Assembly (NCBI GenBank): GCA_017654855.1
Contig: CM030334.1
Span: 1,116,001-1,180,000 of the forward strand
DNA from: Podospora anserina
Lineage: Eukaryota
Direction: 5' to 3'
DNA length: 64,000 nt
In this document: piece after piece, positions 13,118 through 24,597 of the stretch
How positions within the stretch are numbered: position 1 is the stretch's first letter
How the letters are laid out: every line of letters begins with the position of its first letter
Notes under the pieces: generated by a model
Seen by the model: only the letters and a program-made list of their open reading frames with translations
Database searches by the model: none
Told to the model about the DNA's origin: nothing
Position numbers and translations under genes: made by a program

Positions 13118-13651
13118 CTTGTTTGTTGAGGTTGAGAGAGCTGCGCGGCTCTCTTGCGGTGAACTTTGTGGTGGTTGGTTTGGATCAAGTGAAGGGAAGT
13201 GGTATGGAGCTGATTTTGAAAATCTCGTCTTCTTATAGCTGTGACTTCGTCTCGTTGTTGTAGCGCAAAATATCTGATGATGCTACTCAAAATGCCAGGA
13301 GTTGCCTGTTGCTCGGAGGTTGCCCCGCGATGCGGAATTGAATGGAGGGGTAAATCAGAACAATAGCCCCACTTTCAACGTTCCTGGGCCACTGCCAAGG
13401 TTGCGATAAGGGGGGGCGATAAGCCTACGAGAGCACCACTGTCGTCACCCGCCCCTTGAGCAGCGATGGACGGCACTTGAGAGCATCAACAAAGACGTAG
13501 GCATAGTGGTGAGAATAGGATTCAGTCATTAAGGTAGGCTATAGCTTCAAACCCGCCCAAAGACATCAACCAGCAGGTATAAGAGCGTAGGTCTAGATGA
13601 TATCCGCTTCCGGCCCAGTTCAACCCCGCAATCTAGCTCCCCTCCAGTTCC

Positions 13652-13968
13652 TTAACCGTGAGAAACGTGCGAAACAGTCCCGTCTTCCTGGACGTGTACA
13701 TTCAGCCTGTTGGGGTTGAAGTCCTTGGTAACCATCGAGCCTGGCTCGATAACTCTGGTGGATTCAGGGAGGTCCTTCTTGCAGAAGCACTGTTGACAAC
13801 CATCCGTCAGCATGCTGTTCATTCTTAAGAGGGCGGTTGAAAGGGACATACAGTCTCTGAGCTTGGCTCGTTCTCTGATAGCGTCTTGCCGACAAGCTTG
13901 TTCATCCACTCCTGGGTCTTGTCCTCGGGCATGTTGTCGGCTGTTACTCCTGGGACGACGAGAGGCAT
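13652..13968 (-). CDS. Small peptidase inhibitor I78-family protein
   Basis: Spliced MPLVVPGVT...WMNKLVGKTL..SET|CFCKKDLP..TRVIEPGSMVTKDFNPNRLNVHVQEDGTVSHVSHG; the VTxDFxxxRLNV motif is typical of I78. Confidence 0.8.
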
Positions 13969-15891
13969 CTTGGTGGTGGTTCTAGGTTGGTGTTTTGAGC
14001 GATTCGTGTAGTTATTCTTGGAGCGTGCGATGTTCTGGTGTATTGGTATGTTGATCTGTTTGATGTAGATAGGTCTGGGGATCAGGAGGTCAAGATGGGA
14101 TTTAAGTACGTGGTGGTTGTGCAGGAGCGCTCAAAGGGTCCGATGACGTAGTATTGGCTCTGCCGGCTAGTTGCGCGGCGGGTGAACAAAACGGTGGGAC
14201 TCAGCCACATCGTGAGCATAACTTTATACCAATTAGCAAACAATTGCACAGGTGAGCATAAAGCATGTGAAGTGTTCCAGCATCTGAAGAAGAAATCCAA
14301 AATACAGGAGAGGTGAGTAAAAACTGCAAAAGGAATGGTTTTGATTTCGTCCAGGCTCGAACTGGAGACCTTCAGTGTGTTAGACTGACGTGATAACCAA
14401 CTACACCACGAAACCATAATATGGTTGATTGGTGGTTTCATCAGTGCTAGCCCTTATTCCACGAGCTCTGCCAGCTCTGGAACATGATGTTGCTGGGTGG
14501 CATTGCAGGTGGACTCAGGGGTAAAAAGGGGCGCCGGAAGCACAGCATGGTTGCTGCTATCACAGACGAACAGCAAGCACATTATATAAAGATTTCAAGT
14601 TTTCACCTGCCATTTTTCTCTCGTAGCTCACCTTGTTTTAAGTTTTTCATGTGTCACAATCGGTGTATTTTGCTAAGGGCTTAAGGTTTTTGAGGCATTC
14701 AAGCCATTAACTGGACATTGCAAAGATGAAAGCATTGTCTTTAGGGCCCCAAGTCTGCTTTTGAGATCCAGGAACGAGTACGTCTCATGTATTAGGCTAC
14801 TGTGATCCATATCTGAAAGTATTCACCGATTTCGATAAAGGTAGGTCATATGTCAGTTTTGGATCTGAACTTGAAATGGCAGAGTCGGCAAGTCTAACAG
14901 TCTTGTCCGGGCTTCCACGTTTCTTTAATGGTTTCCGACTTCCCTGCGGGGAAGACACCAGGCTAGTTTAGGATTCGCCCAGCACAAACAGATCTTGGTA
15001 CCGACGGGATCTAATAACAACATCCATGGTTCGTTCGGGAGGCAATATTTTTGTGGGAATACTCGGACAACTGGTTCCTTAGCTCCTGGTATAAGTGCGC
15101 TTCCATGGACTCTGTACTGAGGGAACTTGGAGAAGCTGTGATTATTCTGTAACAAGCTGAAACATAAATGTGCTCTTTAGTACAGTGTGCCTGGGCCAAT
15201 ATGTCTTTCTTGGAGTTTCCTATTGACAACTCTTTACGCAGTAGGGAGCAAAAGAAAAAACACAGCTGCAAGTACCTGGCTGAAGCCACGAACACCTCAA
15301 AGCTCTAAACCTCCATACAAATTCCCTCTGAAATCTTTGATGGCGTATGGCTGTAGAGTGGCTTCGACTGGACTCTGCAGTTTTACTTACCCATCGCATA
15401 GTGTAAAACCACCATGATAGTCCATACGGGTCCTATCAATGCCTCTTCCCTGTGAGAATACACAAAGAGGCCGTCTCGGCATACTATCTCTAAATTGACC
15501 ATGGTGGCGGACTTCGGAGTCGCCGCCCTCTCAAAAGATTTTGACAGCTGGTATACGTGTCATCGACCCGGATCCAAAATTTGTGCCCTTTTTGACTTTA
15601 CCTTGGCGGCATTGCAAGCCGGAAGAGGTTGATAATGGGCTGGTCGTGGATATAAAGTGCAGGCGATAAGGCCTCAAATCCATCACGAGCTCAAGCCACA
15701 AGGATCGCATTGCTGCCGAGCCCAGCAAACGCACTCCGGGCGCCTGCCTCAAGCCAGATCTCCACGGCACTCCGCAACCTTCCCCAACCTTCCGCCTGAA
15801 AGCAACCACCTGTTCCGCAACGTCTCATTGGAAGATGTGCTCCCAGTGCCCGGAGGGGCATAGAAAGAACAGCGATGCAGCTGGCCTTGGA

Positions 15892-15896
<5 letters not shown>

Positions 15897-15926
<30 letters not shown>
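15897..15926. repeat. (TC)n microsatellite
   Basis: About 15 TC units directly visible. Confidence 0.95.
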
Positions 15927-15930
<4 letters not shown>

Positions 15931-16433
15931 CCATTTCACCATCCTAGGATCAAGCCATACTGGGCAGCCATATTTTTTCGTGGTCTTTAGGTCATCTGTT
16001 CAGCAATCAGCTTATCTCCCCACTCGTATACCTACGTGGCCCCTCCACCCCGAGCGTTTGGTTCGGCGTGGTGATCTGCGGGGAGCAACAAGCCAGTAAG
16101 CCCGTCCAATCTCCAGTCGCTCTCAATGTCCTCCCATGGCCTTTTTCGCTTGCCTGTTGAACTTCAGGCTGTGGGAGCCCTTGATCAGCCACAAATCCTG
16201 TTTGTTAACTGGAGCAGCCTAACTCTTAATTGTCACCAGGCAACCCATCTCCAACATAGCGTCTGCCAACCTAAGGTAGAACGATTCAGCCACATCGCCC
16301 TTTCCCTCAAGAGCTGGCTGCTTGGTTATCCCCATCAGCTAGATCATCCATAGTCAAGCGGCATCAAAATCGGTAGTCACCGCGAAAAAAAAAAAAGCTA
16401 CGATGCCCAAAGGAGCGACGCAGCATCACTGGC

Positions 16434-18347
16434 ATGTGGTTTCTCTCACCTCGAGTCAAGTCAGCATCCAATGGCACCATTACTGACATTCTAGGTACCT
16501 CCAACCAGCCCGGTGTGCTTCCACATTGCAAAGCCCCGTTGCTATGCGCGGAAACACCTCGTGCAATGCGAAACTCACACCGTGTTCCACTCATCGAGGT
16601 CTCAATGGTAAGTCGTGAGTTCACTCCAATCACACCTTTCCTTCTCGACCGGTATCGAGTCGAATGGACTAGGCCTAGGCTCCAGCATGTGTCGAGCGGC
16701 CCGGGAAACCCACACTGGATCTACCGCCAGCGGTCCGGCCAGTTGGAGGGAGGACCAGGTCCGGATCGGTCGGGTTGTCCATATCTCCCACGGTACTCTG
16801 GGGACCTGGCGCCACATCAGATGTGGTATCAACACCCCAACACGACCCAACAGTGGCCAACTTTTCTCTTTGGACACTGGTTCGAACCCGAGAGGTTGAC
16901 ACCGTCCAACAAGGTCCGGGGCCACCGAGGTGCATCTGTGGTTGGCGGGATGGGAAGACGGCCTCTGATGGTCCTTCTGAGTCTGAGGTCTCTGGTTCCC
17001 TTCATCGTCCAGCATGCATCTAGTCTGGTTGCCATCGTCATCGATTCTTTCGGCACAGCTTCTCGGAATCGCGGGATCTTTGGCCCAAGCTGTCTTGATA
17101 ACTGTGGACAACCTGCTGACTGTTCACCAGCGTCCAATGCCACGATGATGAGCTCCGTGCCGAAAGAGTGCAAAGATCTCAAAGGGCGCAAAGCGCCGAC
17201 GCCGGCGACAAAAGAACCCGGAAGAAAAAGGGCCAGAAGAGGCGAGAAAGTAGTCCCGACTTTGACTCCAAGAGTGAAAAGATCGACACCAAGAGCACCA
17301 AGAAGCGCAAACGTTAATCTCCCCCAAACGTGGCTGTCTGGTGTATCCTGCGGTGGCATCCAGACTTGTCAATCCGGGAGGGGTTGCCTCCATGCGTGAG
17401 GTCAGAGACTCGATGTCTTTCAGCAAAACATCACTCCCTTTGCTGGCGACGAGGGGTGGGGAATCATGGAGAATGTCAACTTGATCTTTGCATGGTTCTG
17501 GTTGGCGGCATTTCTGGGCGGGCGTTTTGTTGGAGTTGTCATTGCATCTTTCTGATATGGGGCAAGGAGGGCAAAGCGAACAGCGATTGATAGGAATTGG
17601 TGAATCAGCCATAGTATAATAACTTGGCTTTTCTCTTCTGGCAACTTGTCTCTTGAGAGGCGTCTCTCTTCGACCAACATTCTGACCCCCCTCCGTGGAT
17701 CGTCACCTCGCCGCTGTTGGGTCAAACTTTCGACGTGTTGGGCAACTCAAAATGCATGGGCAAATGCAACACTGGCCGCCAGAGGATCAGCCCAAAAGAA
17801 GCGAGTGCGGTTGACCACATTATTCGGCCTGAGAGAAAATAGAAGTCGACAGGAAGCTCTCACGCTCTTTCGTGAATCGAAGGTCCCAATGCCAACAACA
17901 CCTTGGCGGACGTTGAGCCATTGTTTCATCAAGCCGCCGTTGAGATCCAAACTAGGGTTAGGGGATACTACACTAATTCCGGCAGCCGCTATCCCAAAAC
18001 AGCAACCTTTGGTTCTCGGGCTTTTGAACTGCTCACCTCAGTCCTTTCCAGCCCTGTTCAGCCCCCTTGAAGAAGATCTCGGTTTTGCTCGTTATATTCG
18101 TAATACTCGGATCCCAAGGCTATTCGCCCAGCAGATCTACAAAAGAACGCTATCCCCAATTTTTGATGTTCGCTCAGCCCGATCCCGTGTGTGGGGCAAG
18201 GCTCATTTTCCCACACCCAACAGGAACCGCAAAAGGTCCAACCACGGGCTGGCGGATGCTGCCGACAGAGCTCTGGCCAGGACCCTGAGAAATTTTGCCC
18301 CAAAACTCGGTCTGGAGCTTGGCTGGGGGTTTACGGCGAGGACATGA
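16434..18347 (+). pseudogene. Possible decayed or orphan gene (ORFs of 321 aa and 233 aa without recognisable domain)
   Basis: Two long same-strand ORFs with a basic NLS-like patch (PGRKRARR); no clear homology or splice model. Confidence 0.25.
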
Positions 18348-19236
18348 CTCTAGACCATTTCCTTACCTCTCCAAGTAGATGTCTACCGAGTATAGACTCT
18401 CTCCGTCTTCAAGAGACAGAGGCACAAACATTGAAACAGTGACAGCCTGCAGCAACCCACATCCTCATCTTCAACCTGCAATCCCATCGCAACCCAAGCC
18501 CAAAGCAGGGGGTTCCCTGGTCCGCGATGTTTCTCCTTCCATTGGCCACACTTCCTGTCCAACGTGGACCCTCAGCCCACACCGCCAAGCCATTCCTCGT
18601 CTCAATTGGGGAAAGGACCCCTGCTCCCTTGGACTGCCATCGTGAAGCGCAGCCTCAGAAGCTGCATGTCGGCTCCCGGGGCTGGGTCAGTCTGGGCTGC
18701 CCCCCTTTCCCCCCCCCCCTAGCCCTTCTTCTTCTTCTTCTCCTTTTCGGCTTGGCTCGACTGGGGAGAGAGAAGAAGAGAGGTTCCCTTCAATTAAATC
18801 TCAGCCGCTCCCTATTTTACCCCTAAGTTTTCCTGGCCGCGACCTAAAACACCATCGTCGCCTGTATACAACTTTTGTTGCCCTCCAGAAGGGATAACAT
18901 ACATCCTCCCATTCCCATTTTTTACTTTTGCGAGGGGTTATTTGTTCGTTACACGGCGAATTTTAGTAATTACACGACGTGTTTGCCGATCGATCTCGCA
19001 CAGCTCGCACCGACAAGCGACGTATTGCTCGCGTTCGAACCGTACATGACATTTCTGCAACCTTTCGCCGATCACTCAGGATAAAAACACCTTGTTCGAG
19101 CGTCAAGACACCACGACCTTTCAAAAAAAGAGCCACGCGACAGTTCCTTCCCCCGCTGAAGAAACCGTGACAATTGGAAGACACCACGAGAAAAAAAAAC
19201 ACCGCTTTTCCCAAACCCATCGAGAACCACAACACC

Positions 19237-19914
19237 ATGAAAATGCGCCTCCTCGCCCTCCTGGCCTCAGCAAGCCTAACAACCGCCCTCGTCCCCCCCG
19301 CCATCCATAACCCCGAACCCATGGCTGGTATCAACCTCCCCCGCGAAGCCCTCCCCCTCATAACCTCCGCCCCAAACCCCCTTTCCCCCCTCTCACCCCG
19401 TCAAGACCGCCCCGAGTCCCCCTCCCCCTGCTTCACAGAAGTAGTCACAACCACAACCTCCTGCGTCGCGATCGGCGAGTGCACCTCGGGCCCACACACC
19501 AGTCTGGTCTGCCACGCAGACTACATCTGCCGGTCCGACTCCCAAGGCAACCCCTCCTGCATGTACCGGGAGTCCTCCCTCGGCGTAGCAGGCACAATCA
19601 TCGCCATTTGCTTCGCCGCCGCGCTCGTGATCTCCGTCTTTAGCATCTGTTTCCTCTGCTGCCGGGAGAGGAGGGAGCAGACTCGTCTAGAAAAGGCGGC
19701 CGAGGCGCAGAAGTTGTTGAAGGAGTCAAAAGTTGCGAGTAAGAGGCCGAATGGGAGGAATGTAACCGGGGGAGTGACGGGTGTTGGGACGGAGGGGAGT
19801 GGGTATGGGAGTGGGAATAATGGGGGTGATGTGGGACAGCAGACGGGTTATGCTGGCGCACAGGGGGGGCAGGGGAATCCGTTTGCTGATTCTGGGGAGG
19901 GGGCCTTGAGGTGA
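19237..19914 (+). CDS. Single-pass membrane protein: signal peptide, Cys-rich ectodomain, TM helix, Gly-rich tail
   Basis: MKMRLLALLASASLTTA signal; 6-Cys segment; TM GVAGTIIAICFAAALVISVFSICFLCC followed by RERR; tail contains NPFAD. Confidence 0.85.
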   Translation: MKMRLLALLASASLTTALVPPAIHNPEPMAGINLPREALPLITSAPNPLSPLSPRQDRPESPSPCFTEVVTTTTSCVAIGECTSGPHTSLVCHADYICRSDSQGNPSCMYRESSLGVAGTIIAICFAAALVISVFSICFLCCRERREQTRLEKAAEAQKLLKESKVASKRPNGRNVTGGVTGVGTEGSGYGSGNNGGDVGQQTGYAGAQGGQGNPFADSGEGALR

Positions 19915-20772
19915 GAGTAGAGAGAGGGGGGGAGGAAGGAGAGAGAGATAGGGGGTGTGATGTGGAGTGGAAAGGTGTTGACGTGTTGGCTTTTTGTGTG
20001 CTGCGTTGGACGGCCGCTGGAAGGGAAGTATACTAGAGACGGGAAGAACAAAAACCGCTAGATAAACAAGACACAGGAGATGTGGCATTAGCTGCTTCAT
20101 TAAAGCCGGAGTATAACATGAAGGGAAATATATTTTTCATTGGGCATATTCTCTCACGTTGTCACCTTGTTTCAGCTGTCCTTTTGCAATGCCCTTTCAT
20201 GTGACTTTATCTGTTCGATAATGTCTGTTTCATGGTGTGAAGCTCACCGACATATCCCACTGTTTAAGCCTTCCACTCCAGGGCGTTAAACTCAATCACT
20301 CAATGAGTCACAGTCGAGCATAAAGGACAGTAGATGAGCCATGAACAGAGCCTCTGTGAGCCGCTTGATTGTTACATCCTCCAACATCCGCAATGCTTAG
20401 CTACTTTACACTAAACCCGACAACTTGGCTTGATTCCACGCTCTCCGACCATCTCCTTAACCATCTATTTTCTCGAATGCTTCCCCCTTCTGAGCAAATT
20501 ACCGCAAGATTATCGACGCATCTCAACACCAAGACAAACCCAACGCAAAACACCCAGTAAGCTAATAAATATGCTTCATTGCCGGGCTTGGTTGCAAAGA
20601 CATCGTGGGCCTTGGTGATTCCCCAAGAACATAAAGGCAAGGTGATGTATGACTCGGTTAATAGTTGGTGTCTTCGCTATTCGCTATGAACAGGTTAAAA
20701 CACCCGCGCCCTCTTCCTTGGCATAATAAGTACTTTCTTCAAAGTATCAACAAGTCAGAGTGGGAAGCAGTG

Positions 20773-23700
20773 TTACCCCAGCCCACCGCCACTGGTTGGA
20801 CTGCCCGGATGATACCCAACCGTCCTGAGAACCCCCTGCGGTCTTGCCCGATCATTATTCAGGAAGTACTGGATCGACTTGTTCCCATTCTCTTCGCGAA
20901 GCTCAAAGATGCCACCTCCATTCACCTCGTTGCCTTCAGTCTCGCAGATCATGAGCAGCTCGTCGAAATTTACCGGGGGTCCGTTGATGTGCAGTCGGTC
21001 AACCTGGGCTTTGATGTCCGCCAGTGGGATGAATCCCGTTCGCCCCTCGGCCGCTTGAGTGTCATGCTCACCTAGGTCCTCGCATGCCTTGCGCATCATC
21101 TTGCGGAGAGTTAGGTGGCGTGGCTCAGTAGGCCGCTCGAGAACACCTGGTATGCCAAAGCTGGCTCCTGGAGGGGGACCCCATGAGGAACCTACTGGGC
21201 TAGGCACGCCAAAGCCAGGAGGAGGTCCTGGGGGGAAAGGATGCGACTGAGGTGGCATGCCGAATGGTTGCGGTCCCCAAGGGTTTGGATGACTGGGGAA
21301 CATGGGGTCCATTCCAAAAGCACCAAATCCTCCAGGTCGTGGCAATGATGATGCGGTTGGGAATCTCACCGGACGACCAGCAAAGTCGATCGGGTCATCT
21401 CCGTCATCTAGTAGGGCACTGCTTCCCAAGTGCGTGTCCGGATCATTCCTCGAAAAGTCCCTAGAAGGGGAAGAGCTTGACGGTCGTTGGCCATGGACAA
21501 CACTGGCTGGGCGTCCTATTGGTGTCGGCTTTGAGATGGGTTGCGGTCCGCCACTCTCATGACTGCCAGAACCTTGGCGGGAATGCGTGGTACCGCCATT
21601 GCTTTGCATACCTGCCGGCCCCATCAGATGAGCCATTGGAGGGACAGGCGAGTCCAACGGTCCGGGAAAGCCAGGCGGGTGATGCTGGTGTAGTGGAAAT
21701 CCTCGGTTAGGACCAGGACCGCTTAGTCCAGGAGGCATTGATACAATCCCAGGAGGAGGTCTAAAGGCATTCATGGGTGAAAATGGTGGATCACGATGCA
21801 TTGGACTACCAAATCCAGGTGGCGGCATCTGGCCCAAGCCAGGAGGAAACGGCATACTGCCGCCGCCGCCCATGGGCATACCAAACGGACTCGGATGCAT
21901 CGGTACTGGCTTGCTGGGCTGCGCGCTCAAAGGTGACGCAGCGTGTTGTGATGCTTGCCCGCCGAATAGGTTTGGACCTGTGAGTCCCGACTTACTTGGT
22001 GGGCCAATGGGGCCTGGACTAGCCTGTATCGGCGTCAGGGGATGAGGTGATTGACTATGGCTCGGAGCGACCCCGGGTGGAAAACCAACACCTGATGTCT
22101 GGATGCCTGAGCTTTCCTGCTGAGAGGGCTGACGAGGACGAACTGGTGTAGGGGCCATCGGCAAGGCTGGTGTAGCTACCGTGATTAGTGGAGACGCAAA
22201 TGAAGCTGACGACTGCGCCAGAGCTGGAATAGCTGTCGCAGACTGCTGGGCTAGACGTTTGGGAAGCGTAACAGAAGGGGCCGTTGCAGCAGCAGCAGTC
22301 GCCGCAATAGCTGCAGCTTTTTGAGCTGCCCTCTCTTCCTTTTTGCGCTTCTCCTTGGTCTCCTTGGCCTGTTCTCTAGATTCACGCTCTGCTTTGGCCT
22401 TGGCCTCCTTCTCACGCTTATCACGCTCTTGCTGTTCTCGTCTTTCACGAGCTTCTCGCTCTTTCTGCTCCTTTTCCCTGAGTCGAGCCTCTTCGCGCGC
22501 CTTTTTCTCGCGTTCCTTAGCCTCACGAGCTTTGCGTTCATTTTCTTCTCGCTCGTGAATCTTGCGTTGTCGCTCAGCCTCCTTGCGTAGCCGTTCCTCC
22601 TCTTCAGCCTTCTTTTGAGCCTCTCTTCGCTTCCGCTTCTCCTCTGCTCTCTGCTTCGCCTCGGCCTGCTTGCGTTCTTCTTCCTCTTTACGCGCGGCTT
22701 CTTCGGCAGCCTTTTCGGCCTCCTTGCGAGCTTTCTCCTCAGCTAGAGCTTCCTTCTTCCGGGCCGCTCTATCTTTGCGTCGCTGGGCCTCCTTGGCCTT
22801 CTTGGCTTTGCGCTGGGCATCTTGTTGGTTCTCAGCCTCAATCTCCTCCAGAAGCTTGGCTTGACGCTCTTTGGCAACCTTCTCCCGATAGGCTGTGAGT
22901 ACTCGCTGCTCAAACATGCGAGCAGCAAATATTTGGAACATCCGACGGCCCTCTTCCATGCGCTGCTCATCAGTCATGGGATCCTGTCCACCCATATTAG
23001 AATTCTGCACTCGAATGGGCCAGGAAAATCACAATTGTTGCCATACCTCTTCCTCTTCTTGGCTGTCGTACTCCTCCTCGTCTTCTTCATAGTCCTCATC
23101 CTCTTCATAGTCCTCCTCCTCGTCATCAGGATCGGGCGGGGGGTGGCTGTGGCTGTAGCGGTCGCCATTCGTGTGCTCGTAGTCTTGCTCACCAGGATGC
23201 AGCACCCGCTCTTGAGTGGCCATGCGCCGCTCGGCAAGCTGTTCCATCATCTCAATGAATTTTCTACCGTCATTTTTGAGCAAGTCGTCGGCCACGGTCA
23301 GGATGCCGCCTATAGAAGAGGAGCCATAAGCGTTATTGCCAGTCCCTGCATAGGGATAAGTCTGTAAAAAGGAGGGAAGTATGGGAAGTCTGTCCCTACC
23401 CTGCACTGTCAGGCTATTTCCGAAATTGAAGAAGTCGGAAGCGTATTCGGTTCGGTGCAGTTCGGATGGGTCGTGCTCATCGTCGCTGTATTCCTCGTCG
23501 TCTTCTTCCTCATCCTCCAACTCTTCTTCGCTGTACTCCTCCTCCCCCTCTTCCCCTTCATAGTCGACTTCCTCGCCCTCGACTTCCTCGCCCTCGCCTT
23601 CTTCATCCTCGTCAGCATCGTCGTCGACGTGCTCCAAAATTCGACCGTGAGATGGTTGATGGGTGTATCTCGGCCCGCTTGGAAGACCGTGTGGTAGATT

Positions 23701-24597
23701 AGGTGGGATAGACGAAAAACTAATCGAGTGGTGGCGACTAAGTAGTGAGGAATTACTGGTCGTATGAGGATGGTTCGCATAGTGCTCCAGTTCTTCATAA
23801 TAGGCGTCATAGAGCCCTTCCAATTCTTCCTCAATCGCCGTCCTTTTCCTCCCGCAAACCGAGCAACTGCAAGTTTGCTTCTGCTGCTCCTTCATCTTCT
23901 TGAGAACCGCATCTTTTTCGACCTTGACTAGGTTCTTGCGCTGCACCTCGTCTAGTCCTAGCCAGAATTCCTTGATTCGCTCCCGCTCCTCTTGAGAGCT
24001 GGTGTTCCAAATCTTTTCCTTCGACATCCCTCGGCCGTTGATATGTGACGTTGGTGGGGGACGGTGATCAACGTGGTTGCCATTCACCGACCCGTCAGCA
24101 CTCGCCCCTGCAGCATTATTGTTTTTCTTCTTCTTTTTTTTCGCCTTCTTCGATTTCGCAGGCTGCCCGTTAGGAGTCCCGTTTGGAGGTTGTTGGTTTT
24201 GGTCTCGAGAGTCTTGACCGGCATCCGCTTCCTCTTCGTCCTCGTCTTCATGCTGTTCGACATCGGCCGAAGGTTGGCCTTGAGGTGGCTGTGGACCACT
24301 GCGAGTCCCATTTGAAGGCTGACCAGTCTGTGCTTGCTGCTGTTGCTCAGCAGCGGCCTTGGCCGCAGCCTTTTCGCGCCTTTTCTGCTTCTTCCTGTTC
24401 ACCGCTGGTGGAGCAGGTGGCGCCGGGGAGGCACATGTTGGAGAAGGTTGGGAAGATTCTACGGGCGTGCTGCCTTTAGGTACTGTGATGAACTTGGAAC
24501 CATCCTTGTTGGTGTACTTGGCTGTCCCCTTCGCCGAGGGCGACTGAGAAGCTGCACTAGCAGCAACTGGCGGGGCCGGGTTCCGATTGCCCTTCAT
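20773..24597 (-). CDS. NST1: Stress response protein Nst1
   Basis: [94 protein letters not shown], then a charged coiled coil and Pro-rich C-term. Intron gtatgg near 23046. Confidence 0.92.

Noticed and set aside
12339-13238. 299-aa + strand ORF
   Set aside because: Antisense shadow of TMA20; low complexity with no domain.
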